From: Malacoraja senta
Taxonomy: Eukaryota
Assembly (NCBI GenBank): GCA_038087875.1
Contig: JAXLNO010000259.1
Span: forward strand, 62,001 to 126,000
Reading direction: 5' to 3'
Length of the DNA stretch: 64,000 bases
Positions 46,588 through 58,709 of this stretch are shown here, piece after piece. The notes beneath the pieces are model-generated. The model was not told where the DNA came from, ran no database searches, and saw nothing but the letters and a program-made list of their open reading frames with translations. Position 1 is the first letter of the stretch. Each line of letters starts with the position of its first letter. The translations under genes were made by a program, and so were the position numbers.

Positions 46588-48010
46588 AGAGCTATCCCAC
46601 CTCCTCTGCCCACCTGCTTGTACTTTCTATAGGACGTGTGACCCTGAATATTCAGTTGCCAGTTGCGATCCTCCTGTACCCGCGTCTCTCAAATCCCCAC
46701 AATTTCATATCTACCAATACCTAATGTATCTCAAGGTCATCGACATTACCTCTTATACTTCGCGCTTTCGTATATTATACTTGTTATTCCATTACTCACC
46801 TTACCGTTCACATCGATTCCTATTTCACTTGGCTATACACTCCTATCCCTTCGTGAGCATTATGCCCCGTTAATTTTGGTGTAATTTTTAACTTTTCCAA
46901 CACTCTTTCCCCTTATCTCCATCCTTGTATTTCCAATTTGTCTCCAACACCACTATTTAGTTTAAAGCCCCTCTTGTTGCAGTGGCAAACCTGCCTGCCA
47001 GAAAGTTGATGCCCTACCTGTTAAGGTGCAATCAGTCTTTTTATACAATTCACCCTTATCCAAAAACATATCGCATAGGTCTAAGGGTGTAAGTCTATGC
47101 CCTCTGCATCAGCTCCTCAGATACACATTGAGATCCACTTACTCCCTCTTTATGCCCTCACCACCACGAGGAACTGGAAACAAACCGGTGATAACCATCC
47201 TGGTCCTGCTTTTCAGCCATCTTCCAAATTCTTTATAGTCACGCTGCAAAATCGCTTTCCTCTTCTTCCAGACGTCATTTATGCCGACCAGCACCACCAC
47301 TTCCGGCTGCGCATATGCACTACCACTTCCGATTTCTTAGCCTTGAGGATGCTCTGCAATCGGTCCGTGACGACCTGGAACCTGGCACCACGGAGGCAAC
47401 ACGCCATTCTTGATTCACGCCTATTGCCGCAGGAACCCTGTCTGTACCTCTCACTGTGGAGTTCTCTGCAACCACGGCTCTGCCTAACGTCTGTCTCGTC
47501 TACTTTATATTCTGTCCCGGCCGTTTCCAAGAGGGTGAACGTGTTTTGAAGAAGTACATACCCCGGTCAACTGTACTCCAAGCTTCCTTCCCTTCCTCGA
47601 CGTCATCCACCTTATCACTTCCGGTAACTTCGGTGTAAAGATGGAAGGTCCTGTCCAGGAAACTGTCGTTTATTCGGGAGATCCTGACATCATCAATCTG
47701 CCTTTCCAGTATCCCAACACGGTCCATCGGGAGCTGAAGCAGGATACTCTTTCCACAGTTTTAGCAGCCAGAGGCACCAGCGGTGTCCCTGACCTCCCAC
47801 ATCCCGCAAACATCACACTGAATCGGCTTACCTGTCATTTCTTCACTGCGGGATCTTCGCAGCTATGTGTGGTGCCCGTTCCCGTTGGAAACCAGCACAA
47901 CCGAGTTGATAATATTTTCAACGATGATGAATGAATGCCTCTCCAAATTTTGGCGTATTCTCCTCTCTCAACCTCCTCGCCGAAGACTCGCACTTTACTC
48001 ACAAGGCACT
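46588..48010 (-). mobile_element. Old CR1 remnant (endonuclease, ORF1 esterase, 5' UTR); continues at 41700-41995
   Basis: CGNRRESRMACCLRGAR..EVVVH and DRVGILERQIDDVR, homologous to ORF1 at 59198-60110. Confidence 0.8.
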
Positions 48011-48129
48011 TCCCTCGATAAGACCGCTCTTCTTGAGCAAACCTTGCTAATTCGTTCGCATCCGCATGTATGAAACATTGAACGTGAAGGAGAGCACGAG
48101 GATCAGCGACATTCGATCCATTTTACAAG

Positions 48130-48870
48130 ATACATTTATTTATTACATGTACCAATTGGTACAGTGAAATGTGTGGTCACCATATAGTCATTCGAGTAAT
48201 AAAGCGCACATAACACAAAGTCTTAACACAAACATCCCCACACAGCGGGATCAAAGTTTCCCACTGTAAGGGAAGGCTCCAAAATTAAGTCACCCTCCTT
48301 TGTTGTCCTCCCGTGGTCGGGGGGCTCCCGAAACCCCGCTGTCGCTGCTACGGGCGGCCCAATGTTCAGGCCCGGTCGCCGAGGTGATGGAAGTCCGACG
48401 TCGGGACTGGAGGACATCCTCAGCGGCTTGGACATCCGATTCGAGCACCTCCTACCGGATTCCGCGGCTCCCGAAATACACAGGCCGCACTGGGCGGAGA
48501 AGCAACGCTGGCGGCCCTCGGCAAAGGGCCCCATTACTCCGCCTTGTTGTTCAGCGCCGGCCGCGCTGGAAGCTATTCACAGCTCCGCGATGTTGGAGCA
48601 GCGGCCCAACACTCCGGAGCTTCAACGGCGATACCAGGTAAGGCATTGCCCGCTCCGCAGTGAATCCAGCTTTGCGCCGCCGCTACTGGAGCTCTGTTCC
48701 GGATCCCCGGCAGGAAAGGCCGCTCGCCAGGAAGTGACTGGGAAACAGCTTCCCCCTTACCCTACCCACCCTCCCCAAATAAAAAAGCTAAAGAATCCCC
48801 AAAACAAACTTAAAAACTGACTAAAAACAAAAATCAGATTGAAAAACAGACAGACTTTTGGCAGAGGCTG
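48130..48870 (-). mobile_element. Unclassified GC-rich interspersed repeat (possible non-autonomous retroposon)
   Basis: GC/CpG-rich block ending on the minus strand in AATAAATAAA; no recognisable ORF. Confidence 0.35.
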
Positions 48871-51084
48871 CCTTCAATGCGGCGCCCTGCTAGTAAAGTT
48901 TAACACTGTCTCTTGTGTCCCCCTCTTGACTCGAATAAAATTGCTGTTGCACGAATAGAGAAACTTTGCCCATTGAGCTTTGGGCAAAACTAAAACGAAA
49001 CCCCGAAAGACTTCGAATATAAATAATTCATTGTATACAGGAGAAGTAAACGCAACCTTCATTGCCGAACAAGTGTCGCAGTCATTGCGATAAAAGGCAC
49101 AAGGAACAGCAGCTGGTTGAATTCTGAGCAAAACAAAAACATAGAAGTACACTCAATGTTCAGGAACGCGGGACAAAATGAAATGAAGGGAATAAATGAA
49201 ATATGTGCGACGGTGAATAATCGCTGACAAAAAAATGCGACTAATTCGGAGGCCGACACAGGAGTGCACATGTATGGAAGAATGGCGCATCTCCCATGGC
49301 AGTGTCTCACAGGGTCAGCAGCAGTCGTTGGACACAGACGTCCGATGACGTTAATGATGTGTCTACTTTGTTTCAGCGACGTTCCTCTTTCCACTTCTAA
49401 TTGTTTATCAACAGGGAAATCAGAGTGGAATAGACTGTAATATGCAGAAGTAAATTCGTCAGACTGGAGATTATTCTAAATTGATGTTTGAGGGTTGTAT
49501 GGACTCGGTGGGTCGCAAGTACGGTTCCATCCTACATGAGTCCATGATTTCTCGCGGATAAAGTTAACCTTATGAACGATTATCGTCATGAATGGCATAT
49601 ACAAGGTGAACATGCACAGCCTTTTCGCTAAAGTAACAGTGTCTAAAACCTGATGATATGTGAGATGCGATGGCAGAGATATGATGAACCTGAAGGGCAA
49701 ATTGTTTACACAAGGTGGTGATTACATGGAAGGGGTTGCCTTAGGACGTGATGGGGGTTTCTACCGTTATTACTTTAATAGACGTTTGAACCATTTCATG
49801 GCCAGTGAAGGGCTACCACGAGCCTCAAGTAGGCCAACTGATCTAGCTAATTTTGCCAGTAAGAACAGCATGGATGAATAGGGCAAAAAGGTATGTGTCG
49901 TTGTTGTACAACAATAATATAGCTCTCTGGAGTTCTCGACATTGCTCTCCTTACATCCACGTTTCTAAATGTCACGGTCTGTAAGGCGCTGCAAATATGT
50001 GCTTCTTAGCTGAGGAATGGTGTGCTAGCGCAGATAAGGGTCCAGAATAGGTTTAGTAGAATGAGTGGGTTAACATATGATGACTGTTTGACGGCGCTAA
50101 ATCATCAACAGTCACCCTGGGAAGAGGCACACGAATCGGAAGGGAAAAGTGTCGAAGCGATCATAGAAAGCACTCCGTTCGTCGGGCAGGGTCGCACTAT
50201 CATCATTTATGTTGCTTCACATCGCGTTGCAGCCAGTTATCTTATTCAGACCTTACTACTTTCTCATTGTGTCCAAATGATTATACTCGGTCTGAGGTTT
50301 ACCCGGTGTTATCTCTTGGCAACATTAATGGCTTTCCGGAGAACATAGCTGGCCTTATTGTACCTCTCGTCCTTTGACCATTGTCACCGCATATGTTGCC
50401 AGACCAGTTGAGTTCTTCCAGCACTTTGTCTTATCGTAACGTGATGCCAAATTAAATTTTCTTGCTGAAATTACTTGCAAATATTGTCCAACTACAAATT
50501 GTTTCCAATATTTGGTCTGGTAATTCCGTTTTTCCGTGAGTGAACCAAGAGTCATAAGAGCCACGAAGCACTGAAGCAGACACTTCGTCCTAGCCGTTCC
50601 ATCCAGTTTAATATACAGCATCCCAGACAATCGTTTTTTTCTGCGTACGGCAGATATCCATCTAAATCACTCATATCTATGTGTCTGTCCAATATAATTG
50701 TTAATGTTATTATTGTACAATTTAACCAACGCAATTCGTCTTCGTTGTCATTCGTGTCCCTACGAAATCATTCAACCCCACCTTAACCGTATTTGGCTTG
50801 TTTTTATTTCGCCCACCTTCTTTAACCTATAAGCTTTATAAAGATAGAAGGTTAATCTTTAACATTCTAATCTCCACCGTGGATTAATACACCACTACAC
50901 GATCACCTGTTCACCTCTATACGATTACCTCTTGCATTTACACCCTGGAAGTTGTCATCTAAGAATATTTCCTATGTTTTCGATAGTTTCCCAATTAAGA
51001 CTCTCCCGTGAAAAACGATTGTTCGAATGGAATTATATCTAAAAATAATATAAAATAATGAAATTGGTGACTGATGAAACCACG

Positions 51085-51090
51085 TTTATT
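51085..51090 (-). terminator. Polyadenylation signal of the defensin-like gene
   Basis: AATAAA 92 nt downstream of the stop codon. Confidence 0.75.
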
Positions 51091-51182
51091 AATTGCTACA
51101 GTTCTTCATCGAATTGCCTTCCACGGACAATAATAGTGAGCTGAAGAGCAGGTTGATATTCGTTTGGAACCCTCCATGATTA

Positions 51183-51295
51183 CTACCGTGGCTTGCAGCA
51201 CTTGAAATCTTGAGTACACCGCAGACGCAACGTCACCTCCTGCGGGTAAATACATATGGGTCTGCAATATCCTCCTCTGCGTTTGCATCTTGTCG
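51183..51295 (-). CDS. Defensin terminal exon (mature six-cysteine peptide)
   Basis: Acceptor TTTTTTCATTATCAG|CG ACA AGA TGC; 36 codons then TAG; 10 K/R against 2 D/E. Confidence 0.92.
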
Positions 51296-52415
51296 CTGAT
51301 AATGAAAAAAAATTCAAAGATCCAACGAAAATAAGGAGGAATTATAAAACACTATTCCCTGTTTTGATGTAACATGCTCTGTGCCGAATTATTGCACTTG
51401 TTCCATCTGCAATCCACTGCATTTCATACAACGATCTGTTTCCGCATTCACACATCATTATCATACAATTAAGAGGGAAATCTGATAAGTTTATAATGGA
51501 TATCACGAATTCACCCTTGTGCACTGCATTTTGCGGAAGGCCGACAGGATTGGGAACATGAACGTTTTTTTCTGCAATATCTGTCCAATGTGGAGATAGA
51601 CACGAAATGCCGGAGTAATTCACTCTGAAGAAAGGTCTCAACCAGAAACTTCACCCGTTTATTCTCTCCACAGATGTCCCGCTGAGTATGTTGTGTCCAT
51701 CTCCACTTTGGTCAGATATTGGGGACCAAACGTTCGGTCCCAATCCTGACTGCCTCTCGCGAAATGCACAAGGTGAAATCAAGTATAAGTTTCCATCAAA
51801 CCTTCTTAATTGTAGAAAAAATGTGCGAACGAGGAAACAGATTGGTGTATGGAATGGAGTGGATTTTGCATGACATCTCACTGTTCTTCTGTCTGAAGAA
51901 GGGTCTCGCCCAGAAACGTCACCCGTTTCTTCTCTTCAGAGCTGCGGCTTGTCCCGCTGAGTCACTTTAGCATGTTTTGTCTGTCTTCTGTATAACATAC
52001 ATCTACAGTTACTTCCTACACATCCTGTTGAAAGTGGGGCCTATTAGAGAACCAGTGAGACTTGTCAGTTCGACGCATTACTCCATTACAGGAGGTTAAA
52101 TGGCGTGTCTTCTCGGTCTCGTTATAGACTCAAAAACAATATATACTAAATAGAATACGGAATCGACACTTATCTACTACTATCAGCAGCCATTCTAACA
52201 ATCTCAACCAGCACCACTCAAGCATTGAATTTAATGGACAGACCGTAGACGAGAACAGGTGTATATCAAATGTGTGATACGGCTGGTACCCTTGGTTTTG
52301 TAAATAAACACACGCTAGTATGCAGCAACGTACGGTTAGACACGGCGTGGAATGTCCCTGTGATCAGTTGAGTCAGTAACATTATTCCAACTATAAATAG
52401 TAGTGCTTTTCTCAT
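51183..52415 (-). CDS. Beta-defensin-like precursor, join(52415-52334, 51571-51515, 51295-51183), 83 aa
   Basis: Manual translation: MRKALLFIVGIMLLTQLITGTFHAVSN-Q-KNVHVPNPVGLPQNAVHK-A-TRCKRRGGYCRPICIYPQEVTLRLRCTQDFKCCKPR*. GT-AG phase-1 introns, signal peptide, C-X6-C-X3-C-X11-C-X5-CC motif. Confidence 0.88.
51515..51571 (-). CDS. Putative defensin exon 2 (propiece, 57 nt, phase 1-1)
   Basis: TTGCAG|AA..CACAAGG|GTGAAT keeps the frame. An alternative in-frame acceptor lies 9 nt upstream. Skipping the exon is also in frame. Confidence 0.6.
51597..51690 (+). mobile_element. Penelope-terminus-like short repeat in defensin intron 1 (degenerate hammerhead core)
   Basis: CTGAAGAAAGGTCTCAACCAGAAAC at 51625-51649, preceded by an inverted copy of the repeat's 3' end. 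Confidence 0.6.
51891..51990 (+). ncRNA. Minimal hammerhead-ribozyme-like motif in a Penelope-type terminal repeat
   Basis: CTGAAGA-AGGGTCTCGCCCA-GAAAC-GTC at 51893-51920; similar downstream sequence to 37137-37225. Confidence 0.55.
52334..52415 (-). CDS. Defensin exon 1 (signal peptide)
   Basis: AAAAGATGA start context; MRK plus hydrophobic core ALLFIVGIMLL plus ITG; donor AACC|GTACGT, phase 1. Confidence 0.85.
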
Positions 52416-52490
52416 CTTTTGCGTTTTCCCTTGCTCGAGGTCAAGGTGCAGATGGAGAATATTCTAAATCATTTTGAATGAATTGCTGCA

Positions 52491-52558
52491 TTTATACTGA
52501 GTATGACCGTGCTGTGATTTCACACTCATGGTTTGTTCATGGTGCGGGTGGGGCGGGG
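52491..52558 (-). promoter_or_regulatory. Core promoter of the defensin-like gene: TATAAA box and GC box
   Basis: TATAAA (minus strand) at 52496-52491, 75 nt upstream of the ATG; GGGGCGGGG at 52550-52558. Confidence 0.7.
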
Positions 52559-52829
52559 ACATTGTAATTGTTTGAACCGGGTGGCGTCCTCAAGTCTGCT
52601 CATTCAGCATTGGTTCTGTTGCCGGCAAGAATTACGTGTCGCAGACAAGTGATTTAACAATAATTGTTTGCGTTTAGGCTCCAATCCCGGATTGAAACGG
52701 CAAACTGACGTGAGAGAGCTCGCGAGCCAATATTTCAGACACGTTTTCCTCCACACGGCAATCTTGTCCGTGTGATTCTTGCACTGTGTTCATCGCTGTT
52801 GCTCCATATCACACAATGCCCGCGCCAGA

Positions 52830-53945
52830 GTGTCATTAGTTCATAAGGACTTTGAGTGGAATTAGCTCATTCGGCCCATTAAGTCTACTCCTCAATTCTA
52901 TCATGGCTAATCAATCTTCCTCCTTACTCATTCTCCTGCATTCTCCCATAACCCCTGACACCTGCACTAATCAAGAATCTATCTATCTCTTTCTTAAAAT
53001 AATCTATTACCTTGGCCACTATAGCGTTATGTGGCAAATATTTCCACAGATTCACCAACTTTTGACTGAATACATTTCTCCTCATCGACCTAAAAGATTG
53101 TCCTTTAACTCTGTACTATGGCCTCTAGTTTTAGACCCCCCCCGCTAATGGAAAATTGCTCTCCACAGCCACTCCATGCAAGCCTTTCACTATTCTGTAT
53201 GATTCAATGAGGCCCCCTCTAATTCTACTAATCTCTAGCGAGTACAGGCGCACAGCGGACAAACGCTCATCTCAGATTAACCCATTAGTTCCTGGGAACA
53301 TTCTTGTAAATCTCATCTGGACCTTCACCAGCGTCAGCACATCCGTCCTCTGATATCGTGCCCAAGTTTACTCACAATATTCCAAAACCGGCCTTATCAG
53401 CGCATTTTTTGAGCCTCAACAATACATTCCTGTTTTTGTATACAAGCCCCCTTGAAATAAATGCCAGCATTCAGTTTGCTTCTTCACTACAGGTTCGCCT
53501 TGCAGATTAACGGTTTGGTATCCTGCACAAGCATTACAAAATTATTTTACACCTCCGATTTCGGGATTCTCGTCCCGTGTAGAAATAGTCTACGCCTTTA
53601 TTGATACTATCAAAAGGCACGACTCCACACTCTGCTGCACTATATTCCATCGGCCACTTCTCTGCCTTCTGTCTCCCAAACTGTCCGAGTCCTTCTGCAA
53701 AGTTCCAGCTTTCTCTGCACTAACTGCCCCTCCACCTATTTGCATCCGCAATCTTTGCAACAAAGCCTTCAATGCATTCCTCCAAATCATTAATATTAAT
53801 GTGAAGAGTAGCGGCCCCAGCTCCGACCCTTGTGGAACACCACCAGTCACTGGCAGCCAACCAGACAAAGCCCCCTGTATTGCCATGTTTTGTATTCTGC
53901 CATATAGCCAACCTGCTATACATGCTAGTGTAGATATCCAAACCT
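52830..53945 (-). mobile_element. Old CR1 3' fragment
   Basis: SGWLPVTGGVPQGSELGPLLF..ININDL..ADA, plus a decayed CR1 3' end. Confidence 0.8.
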
Positions 53946-55445
53946 TGTGAACAAAACAATGTTTTATTAAGAAGTACATATTTGGCTCACACGCGTGTTT
54001 AGTAAAGACTAGAGCAAAGTTCCTGCTGCTGTTGTCGGGCACACCAGTTTCTGAACCAACTCCCGCCAAAAACGTGTCATGTGATAGTCTTAACTCTCCT
54101 GGCGAGGGTTCTAGTAATAAGTGGTTTGACCACCAGGTATCGCCACATGACCCCCCCCCCCCTCCATACTCCCCAGAACCAGACGAATGAAAACTAGCCG
54201 GCATACGAGTAAGGCCGCCCGCCCTAGTGTATCCAGTTCCCTTGCTCAGGTCACAACCAACAAAGAAAAGGGCGAATGCGGTCGAGACCGGGGGGCTGTG
54301 TCACCTGCACTGGCTGACCAATGTCCATACGAGCCGGCTTAAGTCGAGCCACTGAAACAGTCTCATGAATGTCGCCCGTGTCAAGCACAATAATCGAGGT
54401 GCATGCTGTAGCACCCGGGTAGCACACTCGTAAGGCCTGTGCGGCGTCCGTTGCGAATCACGACGCAGGAACACATACTGGCAGTCTTTGAGGGCCGTTG
54501 GGACCTGCGAGGGAGTAAAACTGTGGCGGGACTTCAGAACCGGAGAGAGCGTGCCTACCTTTTCCCGGAGACGTACCAGCATGGCAGAGGGCGGGCCCTG
54601 CCGCCGGAACGATATCCTCCGGAACCGTAAGCGGGGCGCCGTACAACTGCTTTGTGGAGGAATGAGCCAGGTCCTCTTCCGGGGCAGTGCGAATCCCCAA
54701 GTGGACTCACGGCAACTCGTCCGACCAGTCCGGGCTCGTGAGCCGTGCCTTCAATGAGGACTTCAGGTGGCGGTTGAAACTCTCCACCAAGCAGTTGGAT
54801 TGCGGGCGATATGCCGCAGTGTGATGCAGCTGAGCACCCAGCAGCCGGGCCGTGGCAGACCACAACGCAGAGGTGAACTGCGCACCGCGAACTGAAGACA
54901 TGTCCACCGGCACACCAAAGCGGGCGATCTAGTGGGAAACGAGGGCACGTGCACACGTTGCTTTGGAGGTCTCGGCGGGCGGGACGGCCTCCGGCCACCG
55001 CGTGAAACTTTCCACAATAGTGAGAAGGTGGGTGACACTTCTGGACGGGGTTAGCGGTCCCACGCGATCGACACGTATATGTTCGAAACGCCGGCGAGGC
55101 ACGGCAAAATCCTGCAAGGGCGCTTTGACGTGTCGCTGAACCTTGGACGTCTGACAGGGAATGCACGCCCTGGCTTGGTTGCCGACCTGCTTGCGCAACC
55201 CGTTCCACAAATATTCGGCCTCCACCAGCGCCGTCGTAGCCCGGATGGAAGGGTGAGCGAAACTATGAATCAGATCAAATATTCGGCGACGCCAAACAGC
55301 GGGGATGATGGGTCTCGGCTGACCGGTGGACACATCGTAAACAACATTGGTGCCATCGCGACCGAACTGTACTTGTTAGATGGTGTGAAACAACCCTGAA
55401 ATGGCGGTGCGTAGGCGAGCAGCTCCTCATCCGCATGCTGTTCCT
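53946..55445 (-). mobile_element. Gypsy remnant: integrase, PPT and 3' LTR (53946-54147)
   Basis: IHSFAHP..CIPCQTSK, FTRWPEAVP, RGAQFTS, HTAAYRPQSNCLVESF. G-run PPT at 54151-54165. LTR reads TG..CA with an AATAAA. Confidence 0.88.
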
Positions 55446-55515
55446 ACTCAGGACTATTGATAACAGCACTCCACCATCTCACAGTCAGACTTGATGCTGA
55501 CTACGGAGACGATAG

Positions 55516-57981
55516 AAACATAGAAACATAGAAAATAGGTGCAGGAGTAGGCCATTCGGGCCTTCGAGCCTGCACCGTCATTCAATATGATCATGGCTGA
55601 TCATCCAACTCAGTTTCCTGTACCTGCCTTCTCTCGATACCTCCTGATACCTTTTGCTACAAGGGCCACATCTAACTCGCTCTTAGATATAGCCAATGAA
55701 CTGGCCTCAACTACCTTCTGTGGCAGTGAATTCCAGAGTTTCCCCCTCAATCTGCTAAATTCTAGCGAGTACAAGCCAAGTCTATCCAGTCTTTCTTCAT
55801 ATGAAAGTCCTGACATCCCAGGAATCAGTCTGGTGAGCCTGCTCTGTACTCCCTCTATGGCAAGAATGTATTCGTCAGATTAGGATTCCAAAACTCTACG
55901 CAATACTACAGGTGTGGTCTCACCAAGACCCTGTACAACTGCAGTAGCAGCTCCCTGCCCCTATACTCAAATCCTTTTGCTATGAATGCTAACATACCAT
56001 TCGCTTTCTTGACTGCCTTCTGCACCTGCATGCCTGCTTTCAATCACTGGTGTACGATGACACCCAGGTCACGTTGCATCTCCTCTTTTCCTAATCTGCC
56101 ACCATTCAGATAATAGTCTACTTTCCTGTTTTGCCACCAAAGTGGATAACCTCACATTTATCCACATTATACTGCATCTGCCATGCATATGCCCACTCAC
56201 CCAGCCTATCCATGTCACCTTGCAGCCTCCTAGCATCCTCCTCACAGCTAACGCTGCACCCCAGCTTCGTGTCATCCGCAACCTTGTAGATGTTGCATTC
56301 AATTCCCTCGTCCAAATCATTAATATATATTATAAATAGCTGGGGTCCCAGCACTGAGCCTTGCGGTACCACACTAGTCACTGCCTGTAATTCTGAAAAG
56401 GACCCGTTTACTCCTACTCTTTGCTTCCTGTCTGCCAGCCAGTTCTCTATCCACATCAATAATGAACACCCAATACCGTGTGCTTTAAGTTCGTATACTA
56501 ATCTCTAATGTGGGACTTTGTCGAAAGCCTTCTGAAAGTCCAGATATAACACATCGACTGGTTCTCCCTTATCCACTCTACTAGTTACATCCTCAAAAAA
56601 TTCTATAAGATTCGTCAGACATGATTTACCTTTCATAAATCCATGCTGACTTCATTTCAATGATTTCACCACTTTCCAAATGAGCTGCTATCCCATCTTT
56701 AATAACTAGCAGTTTCCCCACTACAGATTTTAGACTAACTGGTCTGTAATTCCCAGTTTTCTCTCTCCCTCCCTTTTTAAAAAGTGGGGTTACATTAACT
56801 ACCCTCCAATCCTCAGGAACTACTCCAGAATCTAAAGAGTTGTGAACAATTATAACTAATGCATCCATTATTTCTGTGGCTACTTCCTAAAGTACTCTGG
56901 GATGCAGCCTATCTGGCCCTGGGGATTTATCGGCCTTTACTCCATTCAATTAACCTAACACCACTTCCCGGCTAACCTGGATTTCACTCAGTTCCTCCAT
57001 TTCATTTGACCCCCGGTCCCCTACTATTTCCGGCAGATTATTTATGTCTTCATTAGTGAAGACAGAACCAAAGCAGTTATACAATTGCTCTGCCATGTCC
57101 TTGTTCCCCATGATCAAGTCACCTGTTTCTGACTGCAAGGGACCTACATTTGTTTTAACTAATCTTTTTTTTCTATTCACATATCTATAAAAACCTTTGC
57201 AGTCAGTTTTTATGTTCCCTGCCAGTTTTGTTTCAAAATCTATTTCCCTTTCCTAACTAAGCCCTTTGTCCTCCTCTGCTGGACTCTGAATTTCTCCCAG
57301 TCCTCTGGTAGGCTGCTTTTTCTGGCAAATTTGTATGCTTCATCTTTTGTTTTGATACTATCCCTGATTTCCCTTGTTATCCACAGATGCACTACCTTCC
57401 CTGATTTATGCTTTTGCCAAACTGGGATGAACAATTGTTGTAGTTCATCCATGCAGCCTTTAAATGCCTTCCATTGCATATCCACCGTCTACCCTTTAAG
57501 AACCAATTGCCAGTCTCTCTTGGCCAATTCACTTCTCATACCATCGAAGTTACCTTTCTGTAAGTTCAGAACCCTTGTTTCTGAATTAATTATGTCACTC
57601 TCCATCCTAATGAAGAACTCAACCATATTATGGTCACTCTTGCCCAAGGGGCCACGCATAATAAGACTGCTAACTAACCTTTTCTCATTACTCAATACCC
57701 AGTCTAGAACAGCCTGCTCTCTCGTTGGTTCCTCTACATGTTGGTTTAGAAAACTATCCCACATATATTCCAAGGAATCCTCCTCCTCAGCACCCCTGCC
57801 AATTTGATTCACCCAATCTAAATGTAGATTGAAGTCACCCATGATAACTGTTTTACCTTTGTTGCACGCTTTTCTAATTTCCTGTTTGATGCCATTCCCA
57901 ACTACGCTACTACTGTTAGGTGGCCTGTACACAACTCCCACTAGCGTTTTCTGCCCCTTAGTATTTCGCAGCGCTACCCAT
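55516..57981 (-). mobile_element. CR1 LINE (family B), 5'-truncated, TSD GATAG
   Basis: GVVYRPP, GDFN, SDHN, NYRPV and VADD motifs; (TTTCTATG)n tail; GATAG at 55511-55515 and 57982-57986. Empty site at ~41635. Confidence 0.92.
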
Positions 57982-58709
57982 GATAGCATGTAATGTTTCC
58001 TCAGCTTGAGTTACAATAAAGACTATGTGTTGTTACTCATGTGTTTGGATCTCATTACACAACAGACAGTCTAAAAAACCTTTCTTGGGGTCCAGAACCA
58101 ACCCGATGTTCCCAGTCCATCTTCATATTGAAATCTCCCAAAACCACAGTGGCATTACATTTGTTACATGGCAATTGTAACTTCAGCTGCAACTTGTACC
58201 CTATATCCAGCTGCAACTTGTACCCTATATCTACCCTTTCTTGGCGTGTAGATAACGCCCATTAGTGTCTTCTTACCTTTACAATTCATCAATTATATCC
58301 GAATCTATATCGCCAGTCCCTATGTCACCCCACGTAAGGGACTGAAGTTCATCCCTCACCAACAGAGCTATACACCTCCTTTGCCACCTGCCAGTCCTTT
58401 CTATAGCACGTATAACCTTGAATATTCAGTTACTAGTTCCGATCCTCCTGCAGCCATGTCTCTCAAATCTCCACAATTTCATATCTACCATACTCAAACT
58501 GAACCTCAAGCTCATCCACTTTACCACATATACTTGGCGCTTTCGTAAATACTACTTTTAATCCATTACTCACCTTAACTTTGGCATCAATTCCTATTTC
58601 ACTTGGCTATACTCTCATATCCCTTCGTGAGCTTTCTGTCCCTTTCATTCTGGTACATTTCTTAACGTGTCCAACACTCTCTTTCCCTTTAACTGCATAC
58701 TTGTATTTC

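Larger units (their letters stand above)
41574..55450. repeat. Segmental duplication unit A (paired with unit B, 55451 to beyond 64000)
   Basis: Collinear matches: 41574-41995 plus 46588-47030 with 55451-55515, 57982-58709 and 61260-61368; 49690-51073 with 61369-62802. A hand check of 50351-50410 against 62092-62151 gave 54/60 identity. Confidence 0.9.

Noticed and set aside
46035..46873. Repetitive 26-aa-unit ORFs or CRISPR-like array
   Set aside because: Antisense translation of the CR1 5' 78-bp monomers; no spacers.
49059..49394. Possible minus-strand exon ending FNQLLFLVPFIAMTATLVRQ* after a TTTTGCTCAG acceptor
   Set aside because: No upstream partner exon, recognisable domain or polyA signal found; the segment is absent from duplication unit B.
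51106..51288. Listed 60-aa ORF MQTQRRILQ
   Set aside because: Alternative frame over the defensin terminal exon; the six-Cys frame is the one supported by splice phase.
51651..51881. ORF MRCHAKSTPF as an alternative defensin first exon
   Set aside because: GTG start and no signal-peptide character; the 52415 exon has an ATG, TATA box and compatible phase.
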